50,521 nt of DNA, taken from NCBI GenBank assembly GCA_042584585.1, contig JBHOSQ010000008.1, positions 1 to 50,521 of the forward strand. The letters are read 5' to 3'. Positions 31,200-39,950 of this stretch are shown here, one piece after another. Made by a program: the position numbers and the translations under genes. The notes under the pieces are model-generated. The model made no database searches. It was not told the origin of the DNA and worked only from the letters and a program-made list of their open reading frames with translations. Numbering within the stretch: position 1 is the first letter of the stretch; each line of letters begins with the position of its first letter. This DNA is from an archaeon. Lineage in GTDB: Archaea > B1Sed10-29 > WALL01.

Positions 31200-31583
31200 A
31201 TGGTCAAGCAATTCACTTTCAAGGGAAAGACTCTGGAAGAGCTCCAGAAAATGAAAGTCGACGACTTCTTCCAGCTTTTGCCGACGAGGATGCGGAGGAC
31301 TTACAAGCGCGGTTGGAGCGCAGACCAGGAAAAGTTCCTGAAGCAAATCCGCAGCGACGGCAAAAAGATTGTGCGGACGCACTGCAGGGACATGGTTGTC
31401 CTGCCGGAAATGGTTGAGCGGAAAATTGCTGTTTACAACGGGAAAGAATTCGTTTACTTGGACATTCAGCCCGAAATGGTCGGGCATTACTTGGGTGAGT
31501 ACTCGCTCACGAGGAAAAACGTGAAACACTCGGCCGCAGGAATCGGCGCGACGAGGTCGACCAAGTTCATATCGGTGAAATAG
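31200..31583 (+). CDS. rpsS: Ribosomal protein uS19
   Basis: RTHCRDM, YNGK, GHYLGEY, GATRS. Confidence 0.97.
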   Translation: MVKQFTFKGKTLEELQKMKVDDFFQLLPTRMRRTYKRGWSADQEKFLKQIRSDGKKIVRTHCRDMVVLPEMVERKIAVYNGKEFVYLDIQPEMVGHYLGEYSLTRKNVKHSAAGIGATRSTKFISVK

Positions 31584-31584
31584 C

Positions 31585-32007
31585 ATGGCATATTCTTCGA
31601 AGCTAGAGGGCGCGAGGGCGTATGGAAGGCGTGTGGACATGTCTCCAAAGCATGCCATGGAGATTTGCAACCACATTCGGGGCATGAACGCCGAGAAGGC
31701 GGACGCTTTCCTGACTCTCGTGCAGGAGAAGAAGGAGTACGTGCCGCTAAGGAGATTCAACCGCAAGGTTCCGCACCGGACGGGCGGGCAGCCAGGGCGC
31801 TACCCGGTCAAGGCGGCGAAGGTAATCCAGAAGCTGCTGCGCAACGCCATGGGCAACGCAGAACAGCATGGGATGGACAAGGAAAAGCTGTGGATTGTGC
31901 ACGCCGCGTCGCACCGCGGGCCGAGCTACGACCGCAGGAAGCCGAAGGGCCGGTGGAAGCACCACAGCATCGACACGACCCACGTCGAGATCATAGTCAA
32001 CACATGA
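31585..32007 (+). CDS. rplV: Ribosomal protein uL22
   Basis: SPKHAMEIC, GRYPVKAA, THVEI. Confidence 0.96.
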   Translation: MAYSSKLEGARAYGRRVDMSPKHAMEICNHIRGMNAEKADAFLTLVQEKKEYVPLRRFNRKVPHRTGGQPGRYPVKAAKVIQKLLRNAMGNAEQHGMDKEKLWIVHAASHRGPSYDRRKPKGRWKHHSIDTTHVEIIVNT

Positions 32008-32017
32008 GCGTGATTTA

Positions 32018-32710
32018 GTGATAGAAAGGAAGTTCGTCAAGGAAGGGTTGAACCGAAGCAAGCTGAACGCCTATCTTAGGCAGCGGCTTAAGCGCGCGGG
32101 ATACGTTGGGGTCCAGATACAAAAGACTCCTCTGATGACGCGGCTTGCTATCAGGGTCGAGAGGCCTGGCCTCGTAATTGGGAGAAAGGGCTCGACCATC
32201 AAGGAACTCACGACCACAATCCAAACGAAGTTCGGCATCGACAACGTCCAAATAAAGGTGGACGAAGTGGCTGTGCCGGAGCTCGACTCGGCGATTATGG
32301 CGCGAAGGATTGCGTCGTCGCTCGAGAAGGGAATGAACTTCCGCAGGATTCTCCACTGGACACTCGAAAAAATCATGAAGGCCGGCGCGATTGGCGCGGA
32401 AATAGTCGTGTCAGGAAAGCTCGTTGGAAAGAGCGGGAAGGCCCGGACCGAGCGAGTTGGGGCTGGCTATCTCAAGAAGGCCGGCGACGGCGCAAAGATG
32501 GTCAACGTTGCGCGCACACAGGCAATCAAAAAGGCGGGAATTATCGGTGTGACGGTAAGGATTGTCCCGCCGGACGTACAGTTCGCTGACAAGGTGGACG
32601 TGCAGACAGCAGCAATAGGAGGCGAAAAGAGTGGCAATATTGAAAGCGAAGGAAGCCCGGAACCTGAGCAAGGAAGACCGGCAGAAGCAACTCCAGCAGC
32701 TGCGAACTGA
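32018..32710 (+). CDS. rpsC: Ribosomal protein uS3
   Basis: RPGLVIGRKG KH motif, GAEIVVSGKL; overlaps uL29 by 80 nt. Confidence 0.96.
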   Translation: MIERKFVKEGLNRSKLNAYLRQRLKRAGYVGVQIQKTPLMTRLAIRVERPGLVIGRKGSTIKELTTTIQTKFGIDNVQIKVDEVAVPELDSAIMARRIASSLEKGMNFRRILHWTLEKIMKAGAIGAEIVVSGKLVGKSGKARTERVGAGYLKKAGDGAKMVNVARTQAIKKAGIIGVTVRIVPPDVQFADKVDVQTAAIGGEKSGNIESEGSPEPEQGRPAEATPAAAN

Positions 32711-33218
32711 GCTCTCGAAAGAGCACGCCGCGGTAGCGAGCGGAACACGCCCCGAGAACCCGGGGAGAATACGTGAAGTCCGCAGGACTATCGCCAGGAT
32801 AATCACAATAAACAAAGAGCTGGAAACGGCTCCGAAAACGGTGAAAGCGGAAAAGCCAAAGGCCGGCGAACCGTCTCCGACTGAGTCGGAGACAAAGCCT
32901 AAGCCCAAGAAAAAAGTGAAAAAGGTCGTTAAGACCAAAGCCAAAACGGCTCGGGTCAAGGCCAAGAAAAAGGTGAAGGCAGAAAAGAAGAAGACGGCCA
33001 AAATCATCAAGCCGACAAAGAAAAAGAAGCTTGTGAAGAAAACCGCAAAGCCGAAAAAGAAATCTACGGTGAAGCCACGGGGCAAGTCTTCGACGAAGTC
33101 GAAGACAAAGACCAAGGCAAAGCCCAAGGCCAAGAAGCGGCCTCCGGCGAAGCCGCGGAAGCGGTCTTCGACAAAGTCGAAGACAAAGTCAAAGGCTAAG
33201 CCGAAAAGAGGAGGTTGA
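32631..33218 (+). CDS. rpmC: Ribosomal protein uL29 with ~130-aa Lys-rich C-terminal extension
   Basis: MAILKAKEAR..ENPGRIREVRRTIARIIT core; AGGAGG RBS. Confidence 0.9.
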   Translation: MAILKAKEARNLSKEDRQKQLQQLRTELSKEHAAVASGTRPENPGRIREVRRTIARIITINKELETAPKTVKAEKPKAGEPSPTESETKPKPKKKVKKVVKTKAKTARVKAKKKVKAEKKKTAKIIKPTKKKKLVKKTAKPKKKSTVKPRGKSSTKSKTKTKAKPKAKKRPPAKPRKRSSTKSKTKSKAKPKRGG

Positions 33219-33227
33219 TGGACACAA

Positions 33228-33533
33228 ATGAGTGAAATCTGCTCTGTTTGCGGCCTCCCGAAGGACCTGTGCGTTTGCCAGGAAATCGCCAAGGAGTCCC
33301 AAAAAATCCGCATCAAGACCGAGATAAAAAAGTACCGCAAGAAGATGACGGTCATCGAGGGCCTCGACCCCAACATAAACCTCGAAGACTTGTGCAAGAA
33401 GCTAAAGCGGCAACTCGCGTGCGGCGGGACGGCGAAAGGTGAACGGATAGAACTCCAGGGAGACCACGCAGGGAAAGTAAAAAAACTGCTCGTCTCACTC
33501 AACTATCCAGAGGATCAAATTGAAATTGTCTAA
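33228..33533 (+). CDS. Translation initiation factor aIF1/SUI1
   Basis: C..CGLPKDLCVC, LACGGTAK, IELQGDH. Confidence 0.96.
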   Translation: MSEICSVCGLPKDLCVCQEIAKESQKIRIKTEIKKYRKKMTVIEGLDPNINLEDLCKKLKRQLACGGTAKGERIELQGDHAGKVKKLLVSLNYPEDQIEIV

Positions 33534-33810
33534 AGGCGCGCTCCGCGCGCTCGCCAGCAATGACTTGATTGGTCTGGATGCAAGGGTGGTTCGGGGTTCA
33601 GACCCGTCTTTGGAAGGGCTTGAGGGAAAAATCGTGGACGAAACCATGAACACGATTGAACTCGAGGCCAAGGGCGTGGTCAAGAAGCTCGACAAAAAGT
33701 CAATCACCCTCGCAATTCGGTTCCCAGACGGGGAATACGAAGTCCCCGGTAGGGAAATCCTGCAGCGGCCTGAAGAGAGGCTGAAAAAGCTGTGGACAAA
33801 GGTGAAGTAG
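33520..33810 (+). CDS. rnp1: RNase P protein Rpp29 (Rnp1)
   Basis: LIGL, GLEGKIVDETMNT, RPEERLKK; conserved position. Confidence 0.92.
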   Translation: MKLSKGALRALASNDLIGLDARVVRGSDPSLEGLEGKIVDETMNTIELEAKGVVKKLDKKSITLAIRFPDGEYEVPGREILQRPEERLKKLWTKVK

Positions 33811-33811
33811 C

Positions 33812-34105
33812 ATGGAATGCAACGACAAGAACTGCCCCGTTCACGCGGGACTCAAAGTGAGGGGGAACCTCTTCGAGGCAACGGTAGTGTCCGACAGGAT
33901 GAAGAATTCCGTTGTGGTCGAGAGGGAATACCTCAAGAAAGTCCCGAAGTACGAGAGGCTCGAGCGGAGCAGGTCCAGGCTCACGGTCCACAAGCCGGAG
34001 TGCATGGAAGTAAAGTCCGGTGACAGGGTAATGGTCGGCGAGACCAGAAAGCTCAGCAAGACCAAGAGCTTCGTGGTAACTCAGGTGGTGGGGGGAGAAA
34101 AGTGA
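33812..34105 (+). CDS. rpsQ: Ribosomal protein uS17
   Basis: CNDKNCPVH, KYER, ETRKLSKTKSF. Confidence 0.96.
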   Translation: MECNDKNCPVHAGLKVRGNLFEATVVSDRMKNSVVVEREYLKKVPKYERLERSRSRLTVHKPECMEVKSGDRVMVGETRKLSKTKSFVVTQVVGGEK

Positions 34106-34500
34106 AAGGCATATCCGCCAAAATCACGAAGGGCCTGCACATCGGGTCGACGCTAAAGTGCGACGACAACACTGGCGCCAAGGAGCTCGAGATAATCGGG
34201 GTCAAGAAGTACCATGGCAGGCGGCGCAAGCTGCCGAAGGCAGGAATCGCAGACATAATCGTGTGTTCGGTCAAGAAAGGCAAGCCTGAAATCAGGAAAA
34301 AGATTGTCAAGGCCGTAATCGTGAGGCAGAAGCAGCCATTCAGGCGGAGGAACGGCACGTGGCTAAAGTTCGACGACAACGCCGCTGTGCTGATTGACGA
34401 TACTGGACTGCCCAAGGGCAGCGAAATCAAGGGCATTGTCGCAAAGGAAGTCGCGGAACGGTTCGCGAAAATAGCGACAATCGCAAAGAACGTGGTTTAA
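34102..34500 (+). CDS. rplN: Ribosomal protein uL14
   Basis: DNTGAK, AVIVRQK, FDDNAAV. Confidence 0.97.
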   Translation: MKGISAKITKGLHIGSTLKCDDNTGAKELEIIGVKKYHGRRRKLPKAGIADIIVCSVKKGKPEIRKKIVKAVIVRQKQPFRRRNGTWLKFDDNAAVLIDDTGLPKGSEIKGIVAKEVAERFAKIATIAKNVV

Positions 34501-34857
34501 ATGAAGAAGACTGTGCAGCCAAGAAAGCAAAGGCTACGGATGTACAACACTCCCCTGCACGCAAGGGGGAAGAGAATAGCCTCGCCGTTGAGCAAGGAGC
34601 TCAGGGAAAAGTACGGCAAGAGGAGCATCCCGCTCCGCGTTGGCGACACGGTTGTCGTCCTGAGGGGCAACTTCAAGGGCCACAAGGAAAAAGTCACGGT
34701 TATTGACCGGAAGGCGTACCGTGTTTACGTCAAAGGCGTCGTGAACAAGAAGGCCAACGGCGATGACGCGCCGAGGCCGGTTAACGCGTCGAACCTGCGC
34801 GTGGTCGAGCTGGTTCTCGACGACAAGAAGCGCGAGAAAATGATTACGAGGAAATAA
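34501..34857 (+). CDS. rplX: Ribosomal protein uL24
   Basis: QPRKQR, LSKELREKYG, GDTVVVLRG. Confidence 0.96.
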   Translation: MKKTVQPRKQRLRMYNTPLHARGKRIASPLSKELREKYGKRSIPLRVGDTVVVLRGNFKGHKEKVTVIDRKAYRVYVKGVVNKKANGDDAPRPVNASNLRVVELVLDDKKREKMITRK

Positions 34858-34859
34858 GC

Positions 34860-35576
34860 ATGGCAAGCAAAGGCGAAAGCAAAAGCGCGAAGCGGCTGGC
34901 CGCACCCAAGGCCGTGAAAATCGAGAGGAAGGGCCAGAAGTTCTTAGTGCGGTCCTCACGTGGGCCCCACTCGGTAAAGTCATCCATCCCACTCACTGTT
35001 GCGGCGAGGGACTTGCTTGGCATCGTGGACAACGTCCGCGAGATGAAGGCAGTGCTCAACGAGAGCAGGGTCTTGGTCGACGGAAAGGTCGTGAAGGACC
35101 ACCGCTTGCCGGTCGGGTTCATGGACGTTATTTCGTTCCCGAGCGTCAACAAGTACTACCGAGTGCTTTATGACGCGCACGGGCGGCTTGAGCCCAAGGA
35201 AATCGACGCGAAGAACTCTGCGTTCAAGCTTTGCCGCATCCAGGGAAAAACTGTGCTCAAGGGCGGAAAGGCCCAGATTAACTTGCACGACGGCAAGAAC
35301 CTGCTGTACGAAAAGAAGTGTGCGGTCGGCGACGTCGTGAAGCTAGAGCTGCCTGGCCTTAGGGTGATGGACTCTTACCCCCTCACCGAGGGAAGTGTTG
35401 CGTACGTGACCGGCGGGAAGCACGCTGGACAGGTCGCGACCATCAAGAGCATTACGAGTGGCACCCAGATGAGGAAGCCACTGGCGGTACTCGCGAAGGG
35501 CGAGGACACTTTCGAGACCAGGAAAGATTACGTGTTCGTACTCGGCGTGAAAGAGCCGGCAATCAAGATTGACTAG
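34860..35576 (+). CDS. rps4e: Ribosomal protein eS4
   Basis: KRLAAP, GPH, VDGKV, PVGFMDV, LHDG, GGKHAG. Confidence 0.96.
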   Translation: MASKGESKSAKRLAAPKAVKIERKGQKFLVRSSRGPHSVKSSIPLTVAARDLLGIVDNVREMKAVLNESRVLVDGKVVKDHRLPVGFMDVISFPSVNKYYRVLYDAHGRLEPKEIDAKNSAFKLCRIQGKTVLKGGKAQINLHDGKNLLYEKKCAVGDVVKLELPGLRVMDSYPLTEGSVAYVTGGKHAGQVATIKSITSGTQMRKPLAVLAKGEDTFETRKDYVFVLGVKEPAIKID

Positions 35577-35584
35577 GGATTCAC

Positions 35585-36088
35585 ATGATAAAGCTTGGAA
35601 AAGTTACCATCAACATCGGCGTGGGAACGGCCGGAGAGCCGCTCGAGAAGGCGGAAAAGCTACTCGAAAAGCTCAGCGGCCAGAAGCCAGTGCGCACTAC
35701 TTCCAGGAAGAGGATCCCGACTTGGGGCATCAGGAAGAAGCAGGCGATTGGCGTGAAGGTCACGCTGAGGGGAAAGAAGGCAGTGGAGTTCGTCAAGCAG
35801 GTGGTCGAGGCGAAGGAGAGGACGCTCAGGCCAAAGCAGTTCGACGAAAGCGGGAATTTCGCGTTCGGCATTTCCGAGTACATTGACATTCCGGGCGTCA
35901 AGTACGACCCAGAGATTGGCATCTATGGGTTTGACGTTTGTGTGACACTGGAAAAGTCCGGGTACCGAATTCACAAGCGGAAGCGCCAGAAGAAGAAGGT
36001 GCCAAACTCCCACAAGCTCACGAAGGACGAGGCCATTGAATGGGTCCAGAAGAACCTGGACATAAAGGTGACTGACAATGCCGAGTAA
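35585..36088 (+). CDS. rplE: Ribosomal protein uL5
   Basis: [35 protein letters not shown]. Confidence 0.97.
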   Translation: MIKLGKVTINIGVGTAGEPLEKAEKLLEKLSGQKPVRTTSRKRIPTWGIRKKQAIGVKVTLRGKKAVEFVKQVVEAKERTLRPKQFDESGNFAFGISEYIDIPGVKYDPEIGIYGFDVCVTLEKSGYRIHKRKRQKKKVPNSHKLTKDEAIEWVQKNLDIKVTDNAE

Positions 36089-36263
36089 GAAGCAGAAGCA
36101 GGTCGCCCGCGGCAGTGCGGGCAAGAAGGAGCCGAAGAAGAAAGGCGACCGAAAGTGCAGGATTTGCGGAACTGCAAGGGGCTTAATCCGAAAGTATGAC
36201 TTGCACATTTGCAGGCGCTGCTTCAGGGAATGCGCGGAGGAAATGGGCTTCTCGAAGTACTAG
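36078..36263 (+). CDS. rpsN: Ribosomal protein uS14 (Zn type)
   Basis: CRICG..GLIRKY..CRRCFRE..GFSKY. Confidence 0.96.
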   Translation: MPSKKQKQVARGSAGKKEPKKKGDRKCRICGTARGLIRKYDLHICRRCFRECAEEMGFSKY

Positions 36264-36274
36264 GGTGATAATCA

Positions 36275-36667
36275 ATGGTTATGAATGATCCACTTTCAAA
36301 CGCTATGTCGACAGTGCGCAACGCCTCCAACGTGGGGAAGGACGACTGCATGCTCAAGCCGGCCTCGACCCTATTGGGCAATGTGCTGAAGGTCCTTCAG
36401 AAAGAGGGGTACATCGGCGAGTTCGAGTTCGTAGACGACGGCAAGGCAGGGTATTACAACGTAACGCTCAACAGCAACATCAACAAGTGCGGCACAATCA
36501 CGCCCAGGCACGCGGTCAAGAAAGACGAGTACACCAAGTTCGAGAAGCGGTTTTTGCCGGGACAGAACATCGGGATGCTCATCGTGTCGACACCGTACGG
36601 CGTTATCAGCCAGAAGGAAGCAATCAAGCGCAACACTGGCGGACAATTAATTGCGTACGTTTATTGA
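36275..36667 (+). CDS. rpsH: Ribosomal protein uS8
   Basis: DPLSNA, GYIGEFE, INKCG, STPYG, GGQLIAYVY. Confidence 0.97.
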   Translation: MVMNDPLSNAMSTVRNASNVGKDDCMLKPASTLLGNVLKVLQKEGYIGEFEFVDDGKAGYYNVTLNSNINKCGTITPRHAVKKDEYTKFEKRFLPGQNIGMLIVSTPYGVISQKEAIKRNTGGQLIAYVY

Positions 36668-36676
36668 GGGAATAAA

Positions 36677-37222
36677 ATGGTTCTCGCAGCTGAAATCAAC
36701 AAAGAAGTAGCCCTCCCCGAGGGAGTGGTGGTAACCATCAGCGGAAGCCACGTCTCTGTCAAGGGGCCGAAGGGCGAGCTGGCGAGGGAGTTCACAAACA
36801 GCAACATCGTGCTCTCGCAGGAAAAAGGCAAGATTTTGCTGTCGTGCAAGTTCCCCAAGAAGCAGGACAATGCGTTGATGGGAAGCATCGCGGCGCACCT
36901 CCGGAACATGGTCACCGGAACCACCGTGGGGTTCAAGTACGATATGCGAACCTACTACTCACACTTCCCCATGAACGTTTCTGTCGAGGGGAAGAAAGTC
37001 GTCATCAAGAACTTCTTGGGCGAAAAGTACCCGCGTAAGTCAGACATTGTCGGGGACGCGAAGGTCACGGTCAAGGGGCAGGAAATAACCGTCGAGGGCA
37101 CGAACAAGGAGGACGTGGGCCAGACCGCCGCCAACATGATGCTGGCGAGCAAGGTCGGGAAGCGCGACCCCCGTGTGTTCCAGGACGGAATATTCGTAGT
37201 CGAAAAGGGTGAGGGCCAGTGA
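36677..37222 (+). CDS. rplF: Ribosomal protein uL6
   Basis: VKGPKG, SHFPM, NFLGE, DPRVFQDGI. Confidence 0.97.
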   Translation: MVLAAEINKEVALPEGVVVTISGSHVSVKGPKGELAREFTNSNIVLSQEKGKILLSCKFPKKQDNALMGSIAAHLRNMVTGTTVGFKYDMRTYYSHFPMNVSVEGKKVVIKNFLGEKYPRKSDIVGDAKVTVKGQEITVEGTNKEDVGQTAANMMLASKVGKRDPRVFQDGIFVVEKGEGQ

Positions 37223-37548
37223 AGACAAAAAAGCCGACGTTCAAGAGGCAGCACTCGTCAAAGAAGCGTGTCGAGGGCAAGGGGTGGAGGCACCCGCGAG
37301 GAATCGACAGCGAGCAGCGTGAGCACCTTAAGTCCAAGGGAGCGCACCCGCGCGTTGGATACGGCTCGCCGAAGGCCACGAAGGGATTGCACCCGACTGG
37401 CGTCAAAGAAGTCATTATCAAGACCATTTCCGACCTAGCGAAGGTCGGTGACGGAATGGCAGCAAGGCTGTCTTCAACGCTCGGGAAGAAAAAGCGGGCC
37501 AAGATAGTCGAAACGGCCAAAGAAAAAAAGATTAAGGTGCTGAACTGA
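37219..37548 (+). CDS. rpl32e: Ribosomal protein eL32
   Basis: FKRQ, WRHPRGIDS, GYGSP, GLHPTG, KVLN. Confidence 0.95.
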   Translation: MKTKKPTFKRQHSSKKRVEGKGWRHPRGIDSEQREHLKSKGAHPRVGYGSPKATKGLHPTGVKEVIIKTISDLAKVGDGMAARLSSTLGKKKRAKIVETAKEKKIKVLN

Positions 37549-37958
37549 TGGAGCTCAACAAGCTGCGCGTACTCGCCGCAAAGACCCTGAAGGTCGGGAA
37601 GTCCAGGATACGGATAGTCGACGCTGAAAAGGCCACAGAGGCAATCACGCGCGAAGACGTTAGGACACTCCACAAGGAAGGCGCCATAAAAGTGCTTCCC
37701 GTCACGGGAACCAGCCGCGGAAGGGCACGGGCGCTCACAGCCAAGAAAAAGGCTGGCGGAAAGAAGGGCCCGGGCAAGCGCAAGGGAACCAAGAAGACGC
37801 GCGAGAAAAAGAAGAAGAAATGGATGACGCAGGTTCGTGCGCAGCGCAAGAAGCTCAAGCAGGCGAAGCCGCTGAACTACCAGAGCCTTTACCGCATGGT
37901 CACTGGCGGGTACTTCAAGAGCGTGAAGCACTTGGAGTCATTCATCAAGAAGGAGTAG
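37548..37958 (+). CDS. rpl19e: Ribosomal protein eL19
   Basis: AITREDVR, GPGKRKG, WMTQVRAQR. Confidence 0.95.
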   Translation: MELNKLRVLAAKTLKVGKSRIRIVDAEKATEAITREDVRTLHKEGAIKVLPVTGTSRGRARALTAKKKAGGKKGPGKRKGTKKTREKKKKKWMTQVRAQRKKLKQAKPLNYQSLYRMVTGGYFKSVKHLESFIKKE

Positions 37959-37964
37959 AATCAC

Positions 37965-38441
37965 ATGGTTCATAAAAAGACTTACTCGATGAAGTTCCGC
38001 CGAAGGCGGGAAGGCAAGACAGACTACCGGAAGAGGCTGGCACTGCTAAAGTCAGACAAGCCCAGGCTGGTCGTCAGGGTCACGGGAAAGAACGTGCTTG
38101 CCCAAGTCATCAAGTACAACGCCAAGGGCGACGAGATACTGGTCGCCGTGAGTTCAACAGACGTGAAAAAGCTCGGGTTCAACGGCCACACCGGAAACTC
38201 CGAGGCCGCGTTCCTCACCGGAATGCTGTGCGGCGCACGCGCAGTCAAGGCAGGGGTAAAGGAAGCTGTGCTCGACATCGGGCTGCACACGCCGGTCAAC
38301 GGCTCCAACGTGTTCGCCGCGCTCAAGGGCGCCCTCGACGCGGGGCTGCAAATCCCGCACGACGAAAAGTGTTTCCCGGCCGAGGAAAGGATTAAGACGG
38401 AAAAAGGGGAAGCGACCCGGGAAAAGATATTGAAGGGGTAA
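37965..38441 (+). CDS. rplR: Ribosomal protein uL18
   Basis: RRRREGKTDY, PRLVVR, LDIGL, KGALDAGL. Confidence 0.96.
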   Translation: MVHKKTYSMKFRRRREGKTDYRKRLALLKSDKPRLVVRVTGKNVLAQVIKYNAKGDEILVAVSSTDVKKLGFNGHTGNSEAAFLTGMLCGARAVKAGVKEAVLDIGLHTPVNGSNVFAALKGALDAGLQIPHDEKCFPAEERIKTEKGEATREKILKG

Positions 38442-38447
38442 ATATTC

Positions 38448-39128
38448 ATGCAGGCCAAGAACAAGAGAGTGCAACGCACACCAAGGAAGACTAGGGAGGA
38501 GCAGAGGCAGGAAATGCTCATCGAGTGGGTCCCGAAGACCCGCACAGGCAAGCTCGTGCTCTCCAAAGACATAACTTCCATTGAACAGATTTACGAGAGG
38601 AATCTGCCAATTCTTGAGCCAGAGATAATCGACATGCTCGTGCCAGACCTTCAGGAAGAAGTATTGAACGTCAAGGCCGTGCAGAGGACAACGGACTCCG
38701 GCAGGAAACGGAGCTTTTTGGTCACTGCGGCTGTTGGGAACAAGTCCGGCTACGTCGGCGTTGGCACCGGCAGGGGACTCAATGTCAGGCCAGCCATCCA
38801 GAAGGCAGTGGAGCACGCGAAGCTCAACGTCATTTCGATTCGCCAGGGCTGCGGCTCTTGGGAGTGCGGTTGTGGCCGTGGCCACAGCGTGCCTTACAAG
38901 TCCGATGGCAAGTGCGGCTCGGTCAGGATGACACTTATTCCGGCGCCGAAGGGAACCGGGATTGTTGCCGGAGGCAGTGCAAAGAAAGTTCTCGAGCTCG
39001 CGGGAATCCAGGACGTGTGGACCAAGACCAAGGGAGACACGCGCACAGTGTTCAACTTCGCGGCGGCGACGCTTGACGCGCTCAAGAACATTCGCAGGAA
39101 AAAATTCGGGAAAGGTGAGGCGTCTTGA
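38448..39128 (+). CDS. rpsE: Ribosomal protein uS5
   Basis: WVPKTRTG, GCGSWEC, PAPKGTG, GIQDVW. Confidence 0.97.
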   Translation: MQAKNKRVQRTPRKTREEQRQEMLIEWVPKTRTGKLVLSKDITSIEQIYERNLPILEPEIIDMLVPDLQEEVLNVKAVQRTTDSGRKRSFLVTAAVGNKSGYVGVGTGRGLNVRPAIQKAVEHAKLNVISIRQGCGSWECGCGRGHSVPYKSDGKCGSVRMTLIPAPKGTGIVAGGSAKKVLELAGIQDVWTKTKGDTRTVFNFAAATLDALKNIRRKKFGKGEAS

Positions 39129-39556
39129 AGCGCATTGCAGTAGTCAAGGTGCGGGGCAGCATTCGTGTTACCCAATCGGTGAAGGACACCATGTCCATGA
39201 TGAACCTCACGCGCGTCAACCACTGCGTCATTATTGACGACAGGAAGACGTACAAGGGAATGCTCCAAAAAGCAAAGGACTGGATCACGTGGGGCGAGGT
39301 ATCGCCAGAGAACGTGGAAAAAATGCTTGTCAAGAGGGGCAAGGTCGAAGACTACGGAAAGTACAAGACCGCCAAGGCATTCGCAGAGGCATTCGTCAAG
39401 TTCGAGGCCGAGATGGGCGACATAAACGCCGGCCCGGTATTCAGGCTTTCTCCCCCCAAGAAAGGATACAAAAGCACCAAGAAGCCGTTCGGCAAGAAGG
39501 GCTCGTTGGGGAACCGCAAGGAAGCAATTAACCAACTGCTCGCGAGGATGATCTAA
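39125..39556 (+). CDS. rpmD: Ribosomal protein uL30
   Basis: AVVKVRG, GMLQK..ITWGE, FRLSPP. Confidence 0.95.
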   Translation: MKRIAVVKVRGSIRVTQSVKDTMSMMNLTRVNHCVIIDDRKTYKGMLQKAKDWITWGEVSPENVEKMLVKRGKVEDYGKYKTAKAFAEAFVKFEAEMGDINAGPVFRLSPPKKGYKSTKKPFGKKGSLGNRKEAINQLLARMI

Positions 39557-39948
39557 TGCCGCTTAAGAAAAGGAAATTGCGTGTCAGTAAGCAGCTCGGC
39601 ACGAGGACCGTAGGCAGGGGCCGCAAGGGCAGCCGCAAGAAGGGCGGTGGCCGTGGGCTCGCAGGGTCGTCAAAGCACAAGTATTCCTGGGTACTCAAGA
39701 ACCTGCCTGGGCACTTCGGCGCCGAGTCCATGACTGGCGCGAAGAAGCCGAAAGCAGTCAACATAGGGTATTTAAATGAGTTCGCAGTAACTAACGCTAA
39801 GGACGAGCTAGACGCTGCCAGCCTAGGCTTTGGAAAAGTCCTTGGGCGAGGCGAAGTGACCAAGGCCATTACCATCAAGGCCAAAATGTTCACCGCCAAA
39901 GCCAAGGAAAAGATTGAAGCCGCTGGTGGCAAAGCGGTTACGGTGTAA
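39556..39948 (+). CDS. rplO: Ribosomal protein uL15
   Basis: GGRGLAG, KVLGRG, AKEKIEAAGG. Confidence 0.95.
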   Translation: MPLKKRKLRVSKQLGTRTVGRGRKGSRKKGGGRGLAGSSKHKYSWVLKNLPGHFGAESMTGAKKPKAVNIGYLNEFAVTNAKDELDAASLGFGKVLGRGEVTKAITIKAKMFTAKAKEKIEAAGGKAVTV

Positions 39949-39950
39949 AA

